From positions 1-64,000 of the forward strand of contig JBDRRP010000115.1 of NCBI GenBank assembly GCA_043825735.1: a stretch of 64,000 bases of DNA, written 5' to 3'. Below the pieces are notes generated by a model, which was not told the DNA's origin, did no database searches, and saw nothing but the letters and a program-made list of their open reading frames with translations. Source of the DNA: Pseudomonadota bacterium (GTDB lineage: Bacteria > Desulfobacterota > Desulfobacteria > Desulfobacterales > JBDRRP01). Below, piece after piece: positions 30,411-39,530 of the stretch; the stretch's first letter is position 1, and every line of letters starts with the position of its first letter. A program made the translations under genes and the position numbers.

Positions 30411-31598
30411 ATGATCGGTATTTCCAAACTTTACTGCGGCACCGTCGAGCCCTCTGACGCATTGCGATACGGAAGGCAATCGGGCACCCTGCCCTCTCAC
30501 CTGCTGCAGTTTTCCGAAGACAAAAAACCCGTCGTGGTGTGGAATATGACCCGGCGATGCAACCTCAAGTGCGTGCACTGCTATGCCCACGCCAAGGACC
30601 AGCACTTCCCGAATGAACTGACCACCGACGAGGGGAAAACGCTGATAGACGATCTTTCGGCATTCGGCTCACCGGTGATGCTGTTTTCCGGCGGAGAGCC
30701 GCTCATGCGCGAAGATCTTCCCGAGATGGCCGCCTATGCCGTAGAAAAAGGGATGCGGGCCGTCATATCCACCAATGGCACCCTGATCACCGCCGACATC
30801 GCAAAAACCCTGAAGGCCATCGGTCTTTCCTACGTGGGCATCAGCATTGACGGCATGGAGGCGATCCACGATCGGTTCCGCGGTCACAAAGGGGCTTTTA
30901 AGGCGGCTATGGCGGGTATCCGCAACACCCAGGCAGCGGGCATCAAAGTCGGATTGCGCTTTACCATCAACCGATTCAACGTCGGCGAGATCCCCGCGGT
31001 CTTCGATCTTCTGGAAGCCATGGACATCCCCCGGGTCTGCTTTTACCACCTGGTCTATGCCGGACGCGGCACCAAACTGGTCAACGACGATCTGTCCCAC
31101 GAGCAGACCCGGCGCGTGGTGGATCTGATCATCGACCGTACCAGGGATCTACACGAGCGCGGCAAGCCGAAGGAAGTGCTCACGGTGGACAACCATGCCG
31201 ACGGGCCCTACCTCTACCTGCGCATGCAAAAAGAAGATCCGGCGCGCGCTGCTGAAATCTACGAACTGCTGCAAATGAACGAAGGCAACAACTCCGGCCG
31301 CGGCATCGGCTGCGTCAACTGGGACGGTGACGTCTATGCCGACCAGTTCTGGCGCCACCACAGTTTCGGCAACGTTCGGAAACGGCCTTTTTCAGAAATT
31401 TGGACCGCCCCCGAAGACGATTTGCTGATAAAACTCAAGGACAAGAAAACACACATGACCGGGCGCTGCGCCACCTGCCGGTGGCTCAACATCTGCGGCG
31501 GCAATTTCCGGGTCCGGGCCGAAGCCATCACCGGCGATGTCTGGGCGCCGGATCCGGCCTGCTATCTGAGCGATGAGGAGATCGCGGAAAGCGTATAA
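30411..31598 (+). CDS. ahbC: Radical SAM Fe-coproporphyrin III synthase (alternative heme pathway)
   Basis: MIGISKLYCG, CNLKCVHC, VLTVDNHADG, NSGRGIG, partial SPASM domain; next to hemB. Confidence 0.85.
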   Translation: MIGISKLYCGTVEPSDALRYGRQSGTLPSHLLQFSEDKKPVVVWNMTRRCNLKCVHCYAHAKDQHFPNELTTDEGKTLIDDLSAFGSPVMLFSGGEPLMREDLPEMAAYAVEKGMRAVISTNGTLITADIAKTLKAIGLSYVGISIDGMEAIHDRFRGHKGAFKAAMAGIRNTQAAGIKVGLRFTINRFNVGEIPAVFDLLEAMDIPRVCFYHLVYAGRGTKLVNDDLSHEQTRRVVDLIIDRTRDLHERGKPKEVLTVDNHADGPYLYLRMQKEDPARAAEIYELLQMNEGNNSGRGIGCVNWDGDVYADQFWRHHSFGNVRKRPFSEIWTAPEDDLLIKLKDKKTHMTGRCATCRWLNICGGNFRVRAEAITGDVWAPDPACYLSDEEIAESV

Positions 31599-31635
31599 CA
31601 TTTTTAATTGACTCTGAACGAGTTGATCGATGGAA

Positions 31636-31845
31636 AGGGGCCAAGGGTCCGAGGGTTCAAGGGGCCGAGTAAAAAAACGGCAAAAACTTTCTGTGGACCT
31701 GGCTTTGAGGCCATCGCCTGCAGGGGAGTGTTTTGACCGAGTCTCTTACGTGCTGAGTTGATCGGCTGCCACCGCCAGTTTGCCAAGCATGCTGCGCATC
31801 GCCGTCGCTTGGCCCCTTGAACCCTTGACCCCTTGGACCCTTTTT
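31636..31845. repeat. 8-periodic GGGKYCAA inverted-arm element
   Basis: GGGGCCAAGGGTCCGAGGGTTCAAGGGG...CCCCTTGAACCCTTGACCCCTTGGACCC; second copy at 34265-34495. Confidence 0.7.
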
Positions 31846-31913
31846 CCTATGAATTCATAGAAGACCCGAAATTTTACCAATATCAACCACCACCGCCACG
31901 TTGGAGATGAGCC

Positions 31914-32888
31914 ATGCTTTTCCCTGATTCGAGACCACGGAGACTGCGCCGCAGTGCGGCACTGCGGCGCATGGTCAGAGAGACGACCGTGACCGCCGAC
32001 GACCTGATTCAGCCCCTGTTCGCCGTCAGCGGCAAAGGCGTCAAAAACCCGATTTCCTCCCTGCCCGGACAATATCACCTGTCGGTGGACACCCTGGCGC
32101 GCGCCGCTGCCGACGCCCAGGCGGCGGGGATACCAGCGGTTATTCTTTTCGGAATTCCGGACAAGAAGGACGCGTTGGGCCGAGGGGCTTATGCCGCAGG
32201 CGGCATCGTTCAGCAAGCGGTAAAGGCAGTAAAGGACGCCGCGCCAGAGTTGGTCGTCATTACCGACGTCTGCTTGTGCCAGTACACCGATCACGGCCAC
32301 TGCGGTGTGGTCGAAAATAACAGTGTCGATAACGACGCCACCCTGGATCTTCTGGCCAAGACCGCGGTCAGCCACGCCAAAGCCGGCGCGGACATAGTGG
32401 CCCCTTCGGACATGATGGACGGCCGCGTGGCGGAAATCCGCGAGGCCCTCGACGAAGACGGTTTCAGCTTGGTGTCCATCATGAGCTACGCCGCCAAATA
32501 CTGCAGCGCCTACTACGGCCCATTTCGGGCCGCAGCCGACTCATCTCCCAAGTTTGGAGACCGGCGCACCTACCAGATGGATCCGGCCAATGGACTCGAA
32601 GCCATCCGGGAGGTGAGCATGGATGTGGAAGAAGGTGCCGACATCATCATGGTCAAACCGGCGCTGGCTTACCTGGATATCATTTACAGGGTACGTCAGG
32701 AAATCGATTTGCCTGTCGCCGCATACAACGTCAGCGGCGAGTACGCCATGATCAAGGCTGCCGAGCAGCTGGGCTGGATCGACGGCGAGAAAGTCATGAT
32801 GGAGACCCTTACGGCCATCAAGCGCGCCGGCGCGGATATGATCCTGACCTATTTCGCCATGGACGCCGCCCGGTTGCTGAGGGGGTAA
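31914..32888 (+). CDS. hemB: Porphobilinogen synthase
   Basis: [42 protein letters not shown]. Confidence 0.97.
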   Translation: MLFPDSRPRRLRRSAALRRMVRETTVTADDLIQPLFAVSGKGVKNPISSLPGQYHLSVDTLARAAADAQAAGIPAVILFGIPDKKDALGRGAYAAGGIVQQAVKAVKDAAPELVVITDVCLCQYTDHGHCGVVENNSVDNDATLDLLAKTAVSHAKAGADIVAPSDMMDGRVAEIREALDEDGFSLVSIMSYAAKYCSAYYGPFRAAADSSPKFGDRRTYQMDPANGLEAIREVSMDVEEGADIIMVKPALAYLDIIYRVRQEIDLPVAAYNVSGEYAMIKAAEQLGWIDGEKVMMETLTAIKRAGADMILTYFAMDAARLLRG

Positions 32889-32915
32889 GGGGCGTTATCC
32901 GACGGATCGGACCGA

Positions 32916-33077
32916 AACGATCAAAACGATCCCAACGATCCCAACGATCCTAACGATCAAAACGATCCCAACGATCAAAACGATCCCAACGATCCTAACG
33001 ATCCTAACGATCAAAACGATCAAAACGATCCTAACGATCCTAACGATCCTAACGATCAAAACGATCAAAACGATCCC
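32916..33077 (+). repeat. 18 x 9-bp tandem repeat AACGATC(AA/CC/CT)
   Basis: Counted by hand: 162 bp, exactly in phase, each unit contains GATC. Confidence 0.95.
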
Positions 33078-33101
33078 AGCTTTGCCCGAAGGAGTCTTTC
33101 A

Positions 33102-34211
33102 ATGACCACAGCACCACACCCCCACGGACATGGCCACCCTGAGGGAAACGACAAACAACCGACGCTGCGACTGGTGGCCTGGGAAATAACGCGCAACTGC
33201 AACCTGTCGTGTCTGCACTGCCGGGCAGCCGCCACCCGGGGCCCCTATTCCGGAGAGCTGGACACTGCGGCCTGCCTGACCCTGCTCGACCAAATTTCCG
33301 AAACCGGTGATCCCATCGTCATTCTCACCGGCGGTGAACCGCTGCTGCGGCCGGACATTTTCACCGTGGCCCGCTACGGCACCGACAAAGGGCTGCGTAT
33401 GGTCATGGCCGTCAACGGCACGCTCATCACCCCGACGATGGCCGCGGATATGGCCGCTGCCGGCATCAAACGAATCAGCATCAGCATCGACGGCGCCACC
33501 GCCGAGCGGCACGATCACTTCCGCGGGGTGCCCGGCGCCTTTGATGGCGCCCTCACTGGAATCGCTCACGCCAATGCCGCCGGGATCGAATTTCAAATCA
33601 ACACCACCATCACCCAGGCCAACCTTGAGGAAATCCCAAAGATTCAGGATCTGGCCGTCAAACTGGGCGCGGTGGCCCACCACATCTTTTTGCTGGTACC
33701 CACTGGCCGCGGGAAATACCTGATCGATCAGGCGATCTCCGCCGAACAATACGAAGACACCCTCAACTGGTTCTACGACCAGCGGGATCTGACGCAGCTC
33801 CAACTCAAGGCCACCTGCGCCCCGCACTACTACCGGATTCTCCGGCAACGGGCCAAAGCCGACGGGAAAACGGTGACCTTTGAAAGCCATGGCCTGGACG
33901 CCGTCACCCGGGGATGCTTGGGCGGTACCGGCTTTTGCTTCATCTCCCACCGCGGCATTGTCCAGCCCTGCGGGTTTCTGGAGGTCAGCAGCGGCGATGT
34001 TACCCAACGCTCATTCGCCGATATCTGGCGCCACTCGGAAGTATTCAATCGCCTACGGGACTTTGACCAGCTCAGCGGCAAGTGCGGGGCCTGTGAATAC
34101 AAACGTGTTTGCGGCGGATGCCGCGCCCGGGCCTTTGAAGCCACCGGCGACTTTATGTCCGAAGAGCCCCTGTGCAGCTACCAGCCCACCACGCCCCGGT
34201 GCGCGCTGTAG
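33102..34211 (+). CDS. ahbD: Radical SAM heme b synthase
   Basis: LRLVAWEITRNCNLSCLHCRA, LKATCAPHYYRI, RGCLGG.GFCFISH, SPASM CGAC...CGGCRARA. Confidence 0.85.
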   Translation: MTTAPHPHGHGHPEGNDKQPTLRLVAWEITRNCNLSCLHCRAAATRGPYSGELDTAACLTLLDQISETGDPIVILTGGEPLLRPDIFTVARYGTDKGLRMVMAVNGTLITPTMAADMAAAGIKRISISIDGATAERHDHFRGVPGAFDGALTGIAHANAAGIEFQINTTITQANLEEIPKIQDLAVKLGAVAHHIFLLVPTGRGKYLIDQAISAEQYEDTLNWFYDQRDLTQLQLKATCAPHYYRILRQRAKADGKTVTFESHGLDAVTRGCLGGTGFCFISHRGIVQPCGFLEVSSGDVTQRSFADIWRHSEVFNRLRDFDQLSGKCGACEYKRVCGGCRARAFEATGDFMSEEPLCSYQPTTPRCAL

Positions 34212-34264
34212 CGTAACCCAATTTAAAAATATGGATCATCTCCCGAAGAGTTGGTCGATGAGCT

Positions 34265-34615
34265 GGGGCCAAGGGTCCGAGGGTTCAAGGGGTCAAGGGG
34301 TCGAGTGAAAAACAACAAAGAAAACAGCAAAATACATCTGCGAACCGCAAGGCTTTGGATCACCTACATTGAGGACGCCATTGGATCTCACCGCTGACAT
34401 GATGCGGGGATCGGTTGGCGGCCGAAAGAGTACTGAAAAACGCCCCAATGCCGTCACTTGACCCCTTGACCCCTTGAACCCTCGGACCCTTTTTTCAATT
34501 AAATGGCCGAAGACCCAAAAAAATTCATCGCGCAGAGCCGCGGAGACGCAGAGAACTTCAGAAAATTAAATTGCATGAGTGTCTTTACCCTGCGCCTCAG
34601 CGCCTCTGCGCGAGA
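34265..34615. repeat. 8-periodic inverted-arm element followed by a CGCAGAG element
   Basis: GGGGCCAAGGGTCCGAGGGTTCAAGGGGTCAAGGGG...CCCCTTGACCCCTTGAACCCTCGGACCC; then TCGCGCAGAG...CTCTGCGCGAGA. Confidence 0.7.
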
Positions 34616-34898
34616 TATGAATTATAATCAGGCGGAGCGCAGCGACGCCGCATTGAGAATTGATCATTGCGTGTTGCGTATTGAGCCATCCCCTCCCCCT
34701 CCTTTCCGCTTGCCTTTTCGCGGCAACTGGGCCATTCTGGGTGTGAACCGGCGGCAATCGTGCCCCCCGCTGTTGCGGTTCGGTTGACGCCCTTTCCCCA
34801 CCAGACACCGGCAGTGCCCAGCGCTCGCCACCGGCGAACGCTTCATCGACAGCGACATGGTTCGGCGGCCCCCATCGCATGAATTGGAGTATTGACCA

Positions 34899-35504
34899 AT
34901 GAAAATCCGCGATCTGATGATCCCAGACCCCATCACGATTTCCGTGAAGGCCTCCGTTCAGGAAGCCATCCAGATCATGAAGATCAATTCCATCCGACAC
35001 CTGCCGGTGGTCAACAAAAACAAGCGCCTGGTCGGGTTTCTCACCCTTGCCGACCTCAAGCAGGGCCTGATCCCTGCCATGGTGGCGGACGTCACCCTGA
35101 AGGATCTCATGATCCATGACCCCATCTGCGTAAACCCCGACGATGACATCGAAATCGCCGCCCAGTTCATTTACAAACACAAGATCAGCGGACTGCCTGT
35201 GGTCAAGAACGGGATGGTAGTGGGCATTCTCACCGAGAGCGACATCTTGCGCGCCTTCATCGACATGATGGGCATTCTTTCGGCGACATCCCGCGTCGAT
35301 GTCTTGATCAACCAGGGACAAAAAGGGCTGAAAAAAGCGATCCACGTCATCAACAAAATCGGCGGCGACATCATCAACATCGTGATGTCGCCCCAGGACG
35401 GCGAGGACCGGATGTACTGCTTTAGACTGACGGCGTGCAAAACGGCCGTCATCAAGGCGGCTCTCGAAAAGGAGGGCTTTGCGGTGGTCAGCACGGCAGG
35501 CTGA
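34899..35504 (+). CDS. CBS-pair plus ACT domain protein (AcuB-like)
   Basis: IRHLPVV...LVGFLT, ISGLPVV...VGILTESDI; C-terminal ACT-like domain. Confidence 0.8.
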   Translation: MKIRDLMIPDPITISVKASVQEAIQIMKINSIRHLPVVNKNKRLVGFLTLADLKQGLIPAMVADVTLKDLMIHDPICVNPDDDIEIAAQFIYKHKISGLPVVKNGMVVGILTESDILRAFIDMMGILSATSRVDVLINQGQKGLKKAIHVINKIGGDIINIVMSPQDGEDRMYCFRLTACKTAVIKAALEKEGFAVVSTAG

Positions 35505-35508
35505 CCAA

Positions 35509-35906
35509 TGCGCCTGGCGGCGCGTCAATTGCCCCTTCGGGGCGTCACAATGTTGGCTTCGCCAACGTCAATTGCGTCTGCGACGCGTCACTTGCGCCTG
35601 GCGGCGCGTCAATTGCCCCTTCGGGGCGTCATTTGTTGGCTGCGCCAACGTCAGTTGCGTCTGCGACGCGTCATATGCGCCTGCGGCGCGTCAATTGCCC
35701 CTTCGGGGCGACAATGTTGGCTTCGCCAACGTCAATTGCGCCTGGCGGCGCGTCAATTGCCCCTTCGGGGCGTCAATGGCGTCTCTGACGCGTCATTGAC
35801 AGCGAGTGCAGCGAGCGGTTGACGCCGGCGAAGCCGGCATTTGACGGTCGCGAAGCGACCATATGACAGCGAGTTCAGCGAGCAGCTGACGCCGGCGAAG
35901 CCGGCA
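35509..35906. repeat. Array of 19 short hairpin modules tagged with GTCA/TGAC, in two opposed arms
   Basis: 14 forward modules TG-hairpin-CGTCA, then 5 reverse modules TGAC-hairpin. Confidence 0.85.
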
Positions 35907-35909
35907 TAT

Positions 35910-38027
35910 TCAACCGCGATCGTCCGCGGCGTGGATGGCGGCCAGTGAATTGAGCTGCAAGGTGAGCGGCCGATCCTCTTCGCTTTGTCCGGTAAAACGG
36001 ATGGGCCCGGGTCGCCTGAAATGATCATCTCCGGGGGTAGCGGCCAACCACTTTTCGCGGTTGGCTTTCACGACGCGGAAAGACACCGAATGAGTGTCGA
36101 CAATGCTCTTTTCCAGCACCAGCGACAGTCGCCCCTGCCGCTCTTCCAGATGCATCAGCGACGCGATGGGAACGCCCAGCGGCTGCCACTGTGAAAAATC
36201 CTGTTCAAGATTCCGGATCACCGCCATCTGACCGGTAGCACCGTTGGCGATGAGGCTGAAAACGGTGAGGCCGAGATTGTACGTGTAGTTGCAGTCGAAC
36301 CGGGTCGGATCGCTGCCTCTGCCGTCATAGCCGTAAAAGTGGGTCTGAGTCTTGAACTTGGGATCCGAGGCTTTGTAGATCTTCAGAACCGCCGCCGGCA
36401 GGCCCTTATCATTGGCAATGAGGCCGGCCTTGCTCAGCGCCTGCCCCAAGGTCTTCTTGGATATGATGGTTTCGTGGAAAAGCAGGTAATCATCCCGACC
36501 CCAGTTGCGAAACAACACCGGACCAAACTTCGTCGAGTCCAGTGATTCTGTGGCAAGCACTTTTTCAAAGAACCGCTTTTCAATACCGATCTTGTATTTT
36601 CCCTTTTCCTTGAGAATATTCAAATAGTCCCTCACCAGACCCAGCAGCACCTTGTCGGTCTCCACTAGAGAGAACTGGAAATTCCCGTGGCTGTCCCTTT
36701 CGGAAAGAAGCCCCTCCTGAAAAAACTCAGGGACGTCGTTGAACAGCTCGTCATCACGGGTACTCCAGATGGAAAGACCGCCGTTTTCCCTTGATAGAAT
36801 CGCCTGCCGGCGCAGGTACTCCAGCTTGTCCGGCAGCCGCGGGAACGCAGAGTGAAAATCGATGTCGTGCGTGCGGTTATATTCACCGATGAGGGTGTTG
36901 AGTTTGATGATGAAAATCTGAATCTCATTGATGAACTCCAGGACCCCTTCCGGAATAACGATGACGCCAAAGTTTTTTCCGGCCGCGGCCCGGCGGACAA
37001 TGCCGTCACAGATGACCCGGGAGAGGTGGCGCAGGGTCATCCCGTAGGCGGTATAGTCCGTGGCACCGCTTTTACTCGCGGCCGCCAACCGCTGCTGGTC
37101 CACATACTCCGCCAGATCCTCGCCGATCAGCGTCATGTTGGCATGGGTCTGAAGCGCGACTTCCAGTGCCAGATGACTGGCCACCCGCCCCATCACTTTA
37201 CAGATGTGCCAGTATTTCACATCCGAGCTGGCGTCGGTGCACAGGTTGCCGATGTTTTGCGAAAAGGCCCGGGCCGCCGTGTGGAAGCCAAAGGACATGG
37301 CGCACAAGACCTCACCGCTGGCATCGCGCACCTGGATATCGCCGTCGATCGTTTTGGGCACCCCGATGACCTGCACACCTTCCCTAAAGAGCTCCTGGGC
37401 GAGAAAAGCGGCGTTGGTATTGGAATCGTCGCCGCCCACCACCACCACGGCATCCAGGTTGAGCGCGGTGCACGTCGCCCGTGACAAGGCCATCTTTTCA
37501 GGGGTGTCGATCTTCGTGCGACCGGTTTTGATCATGGTGAAACCGCCCAGATTCCGGAAAGCGTTGACGCGCTCGGCGGTAATCTCCACGGCCTCGTTTT
37601 CGATGATCCCGTCGGGGCCGAGCATGAAACCAAATACGACCGTGTCGGGATTCACCCGCTTGGCGGCATCGAAAATCCCGGCGATGACATTGTGGCCGCC
37701 GGGTGCGGGCCCCCCCGAAAACACGATACCGATGCGACGCGCCTTGCTGTAGCGTGAAACAAACGCGGCATCGGGGGCGTTCATGGCAACGATACGCTGC
37801 ACTTTGTTGCCAATGATGTCGGGCAGTTTCTTTCTGGCCTCTCTGTCAATGTCGAACCGGTAGCCGTCCATTTCATCCAGGCCGGTGTAAGCACGGCAAA
37901 AGACATCGGATGCCGGCGGCACATACTGGTTACGCTCGATCAACTCCTGATTGACGTCGTCGGTGGCCGCCCTGGCCACCGGGTGATCGAGCAGGGCATC
38001 AAACGCAGCGTCCTGGGATTCGTTCAT
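35910..38027 (-). CDS. pfp: Pyrophosphate-dependent phosphofructokinase (long type, with insertion)
   Basis: SGGPAPGGHNVI, GGDDSNT, PKTIDGD, MGRVASH, FYGYDGR. Confidence 0.85.
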   Translation of the reverse strand: MNESQDAAFDALLDHPVARAATDDVNQELIERNQYVPPASDVFCRAYTGLDEMDGYRFDIDREARKKLPDIIGNKVQRIVAMNAPDAAFVSRYSKARRIGIVFSGGPAPGGHNVIAGIFDAAKRVNPDTVVFGFMLGPDGIIENEAVEITAERVNAFRNLGGFTMIKTGRTKIDTPEKMALSRATCTALNLDAVVVVGGDDSNTNAAFLAQELFREGVQVIGVPKTIDGDIQVRDASGEVLCAMSFGFHTAARAFSQNIGNLCTDASSDVKYWHICKVMGRVASHLALEVALQTHANMTLIGEDLAEYVDQQRLAAASKSGATDYTAYGMTLRHLSRVICDGIVRRAAAGKNFGVIVIPEGVLEFINEIQIFIIKLNTLIGEYNRTHDIDFHSAFPRLPDKLEYLRRQAILSRENGGLSIWSTRDDELFNDVPEFFQEGLLSERDSHGNFQFSLVETDKVLLGLVRDYLNILKEKGKYKIGIEKRFFEKVLATESLDSTKFGPVLFRNWGRDDYLLFHETIISKKTLGQALSKAGLIANDKGLPAAVLKIYKASDPKFKTQTHFYGYDGRGSDPTRFDCNYTYNLGLTVFSLIANGATGQMAVIRNLEQDFSQWQPLGVPIASLMHLEERQGRLSLVLEKSIVDTHSVSFRVVKANREKWLAATPGDDHFRRPGPIRFTGQSEEDRPLTLQLNSLAAIHAADDRG

Positions 38028-38169
38028 TTCGGTCTACCTTGCTGAAGTTGCGTATAAAAATGGGGCAGCGGGCCGGTATCGACAAAGTGGTATCATAGCG
38101 GCGGCCCGTGAATTCTGTCAAGGCAGCACGTCTTGACAATCCGGCAGCAACAGCCTTAGATCACTGTCA

Positions 38170-38445
38170 ATGAAACCCATCGCCATCATCAAATTGGGCG
38201 ACACCTATCCGGAAATCGCCGCCCGTATCGGTGGTTTTGCCAACTGGGTCGCCGCGGGTTTTAAAGCTGACAATATCCCCCGGCGCGTCACCGACATCAC
38301 GGCCGGCGCCCCACTCCCGCGGCGAGCGGCATCCTCCGCCGTTTTCGACCCTCGTCGCAGCCGCCTGCCGCCAATGACGGCTGGCGCAGGAAGCCTCCCC
38401 ACCGCACACCAACTACGCCTTTACATCAACCGCCACATACGATAA
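38170..38445 (+). pseudogene. Probable truncated class I glutamine amidotransferase
   Basis: MKPIAIIKLGDTYPEIAARIGGFANW...GAPLP resembles a GATase N-terminus; no GICYG or HPE motif follows. Confidence 0.45.
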
Positions 38446-38574
38446 AAGTTTCTTTGCGTTCACAGTGCCCGATGCACCGTGAACCGATTCTCACCAAAGG
38501 GATGTCATCTCCGGCACCCGCCGCACGCACCGGGGGATGCTCCAGGATCAGCCAAATCGTCTAAGGAGGGAAAT

Positions 38575-39396
38575 ATGAAAAAAGGGGTTGCTGTTGCACT
38601 GGCCATTGCCATGATGTTTTGTCTGACCACCGCCGCCATCGGATCGGATATCGAACTTGCCAAGAAATCCACGCTGGAAGAGATTGTCAAGCGCGGTGAG
38701 CTGCGGGTCGGCTTCGAAGCCGGCTATCTGCCCTTTGAAATGGCGGACAAGACCGGCCGTTTCATCGGCTTCGATATCGATATGGCCAAAGAGATGGCCA
38801 AGGCCCTGGATGTCAAGTTCGTTCCGGTGAACACTTCCTGGGACGGCATCATCCCGGCGCTGAACACCAAGAAGTTCGACATCCTCATCAGCGGCATGAC
38901 CATCACCCAGAAACGCAATATCAGCGTCAATTTCGCCGACCCCTACATCATCGTCGGCCAGACCATCTTGCTCAACAAAAAGCATGAAGGCAAGATCAAG
39001 TCCTACAAGGATCTCAACGATCCCAAATTCATCATCACTTCCAAGCTGGGCACCACCGGCGAGCAGGCCGTCAAGCGCATGATCCCCAAGGCCACCTACA
39101 AGTCCTTTGAAGTGGAAACCGAAGCCGCTTTGGAAATGCTCAACGGCAAAGCCGACGCCACGGTCTACGACCTGCCCTTCTGCGCCACCTTCATGGCCCA
39201 GCAAGGCGCCGGCAAGGTCATCTTCCTTGACGAGCCCTTCACCTTCGAGCCGCTGGCCTGGGCCATCCGCAAGGGCGATCCGGATTTCATGAACTGGCTC
39301 AACAACTTTTTGCGCCAGGTCAAAAACGACGGCCGCTATGACGTCATTTACAACAAGTGGATCCGAAGCACGGACTGGATCAAAGACGTTCAGTAG
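38575..39396 (+). CDS. Polar amino acid ABC transporter substrate-binding protein
   Basis: Signal peptide, GELRVG, GFDIDMA, WDGIIPAL...FDILISGMTIT; GGAGG RBS. Confidence 0.9.
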   Translation: MKKGVAVALAIAMMFCLTTAAIGSDIELAKKSTLEEIVKRGELRVGFEAGYLPFEMADKTGRFIGFDIDMAKEMAKALDVKFVPVNTSWDGIIPALNTKKFDILISGMTITQKRNISVNFADPYIIVGQTILLNKKHEGKIKSYKDLNDPKFIITSKLGTTGEQAVKRMIPKATYKSFEVETEAALEMLNGKADATVYDLPFCATFMAQQGAGKVIFLDEPFTFEPLAWAIRKGDPDFMNWLNNFLRQVKNDGRYDVIYNKWIRSTDWIKDVQ

Positions 39397-39530
39397 CCGG
39401 ACGGGACCACTCCCATGGCATCTGCATACAGGCCGGTATTCACGGGTGGTGATGCCGGCCTTCTTTTTTTCAACAATCCTGACGCCGTCGGTGACGGCCT
39501 CAACGCTTCACAAGCTCCGCGGGTGATCTC

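Noticed and set aside
32916..33101. N-terminal NDP/NDQ-repeat extension of AhbD
   Set aside because: No start codon leads into the repeat, and ahbD has its own GAAGGAG RBS just before ATG 33102.
35509..35906. CRISPR array
   Set aside because: There are no unique spacers, modules are ~21 nt and recur, polarity flips mid-array, and no cas genes lie in the window.
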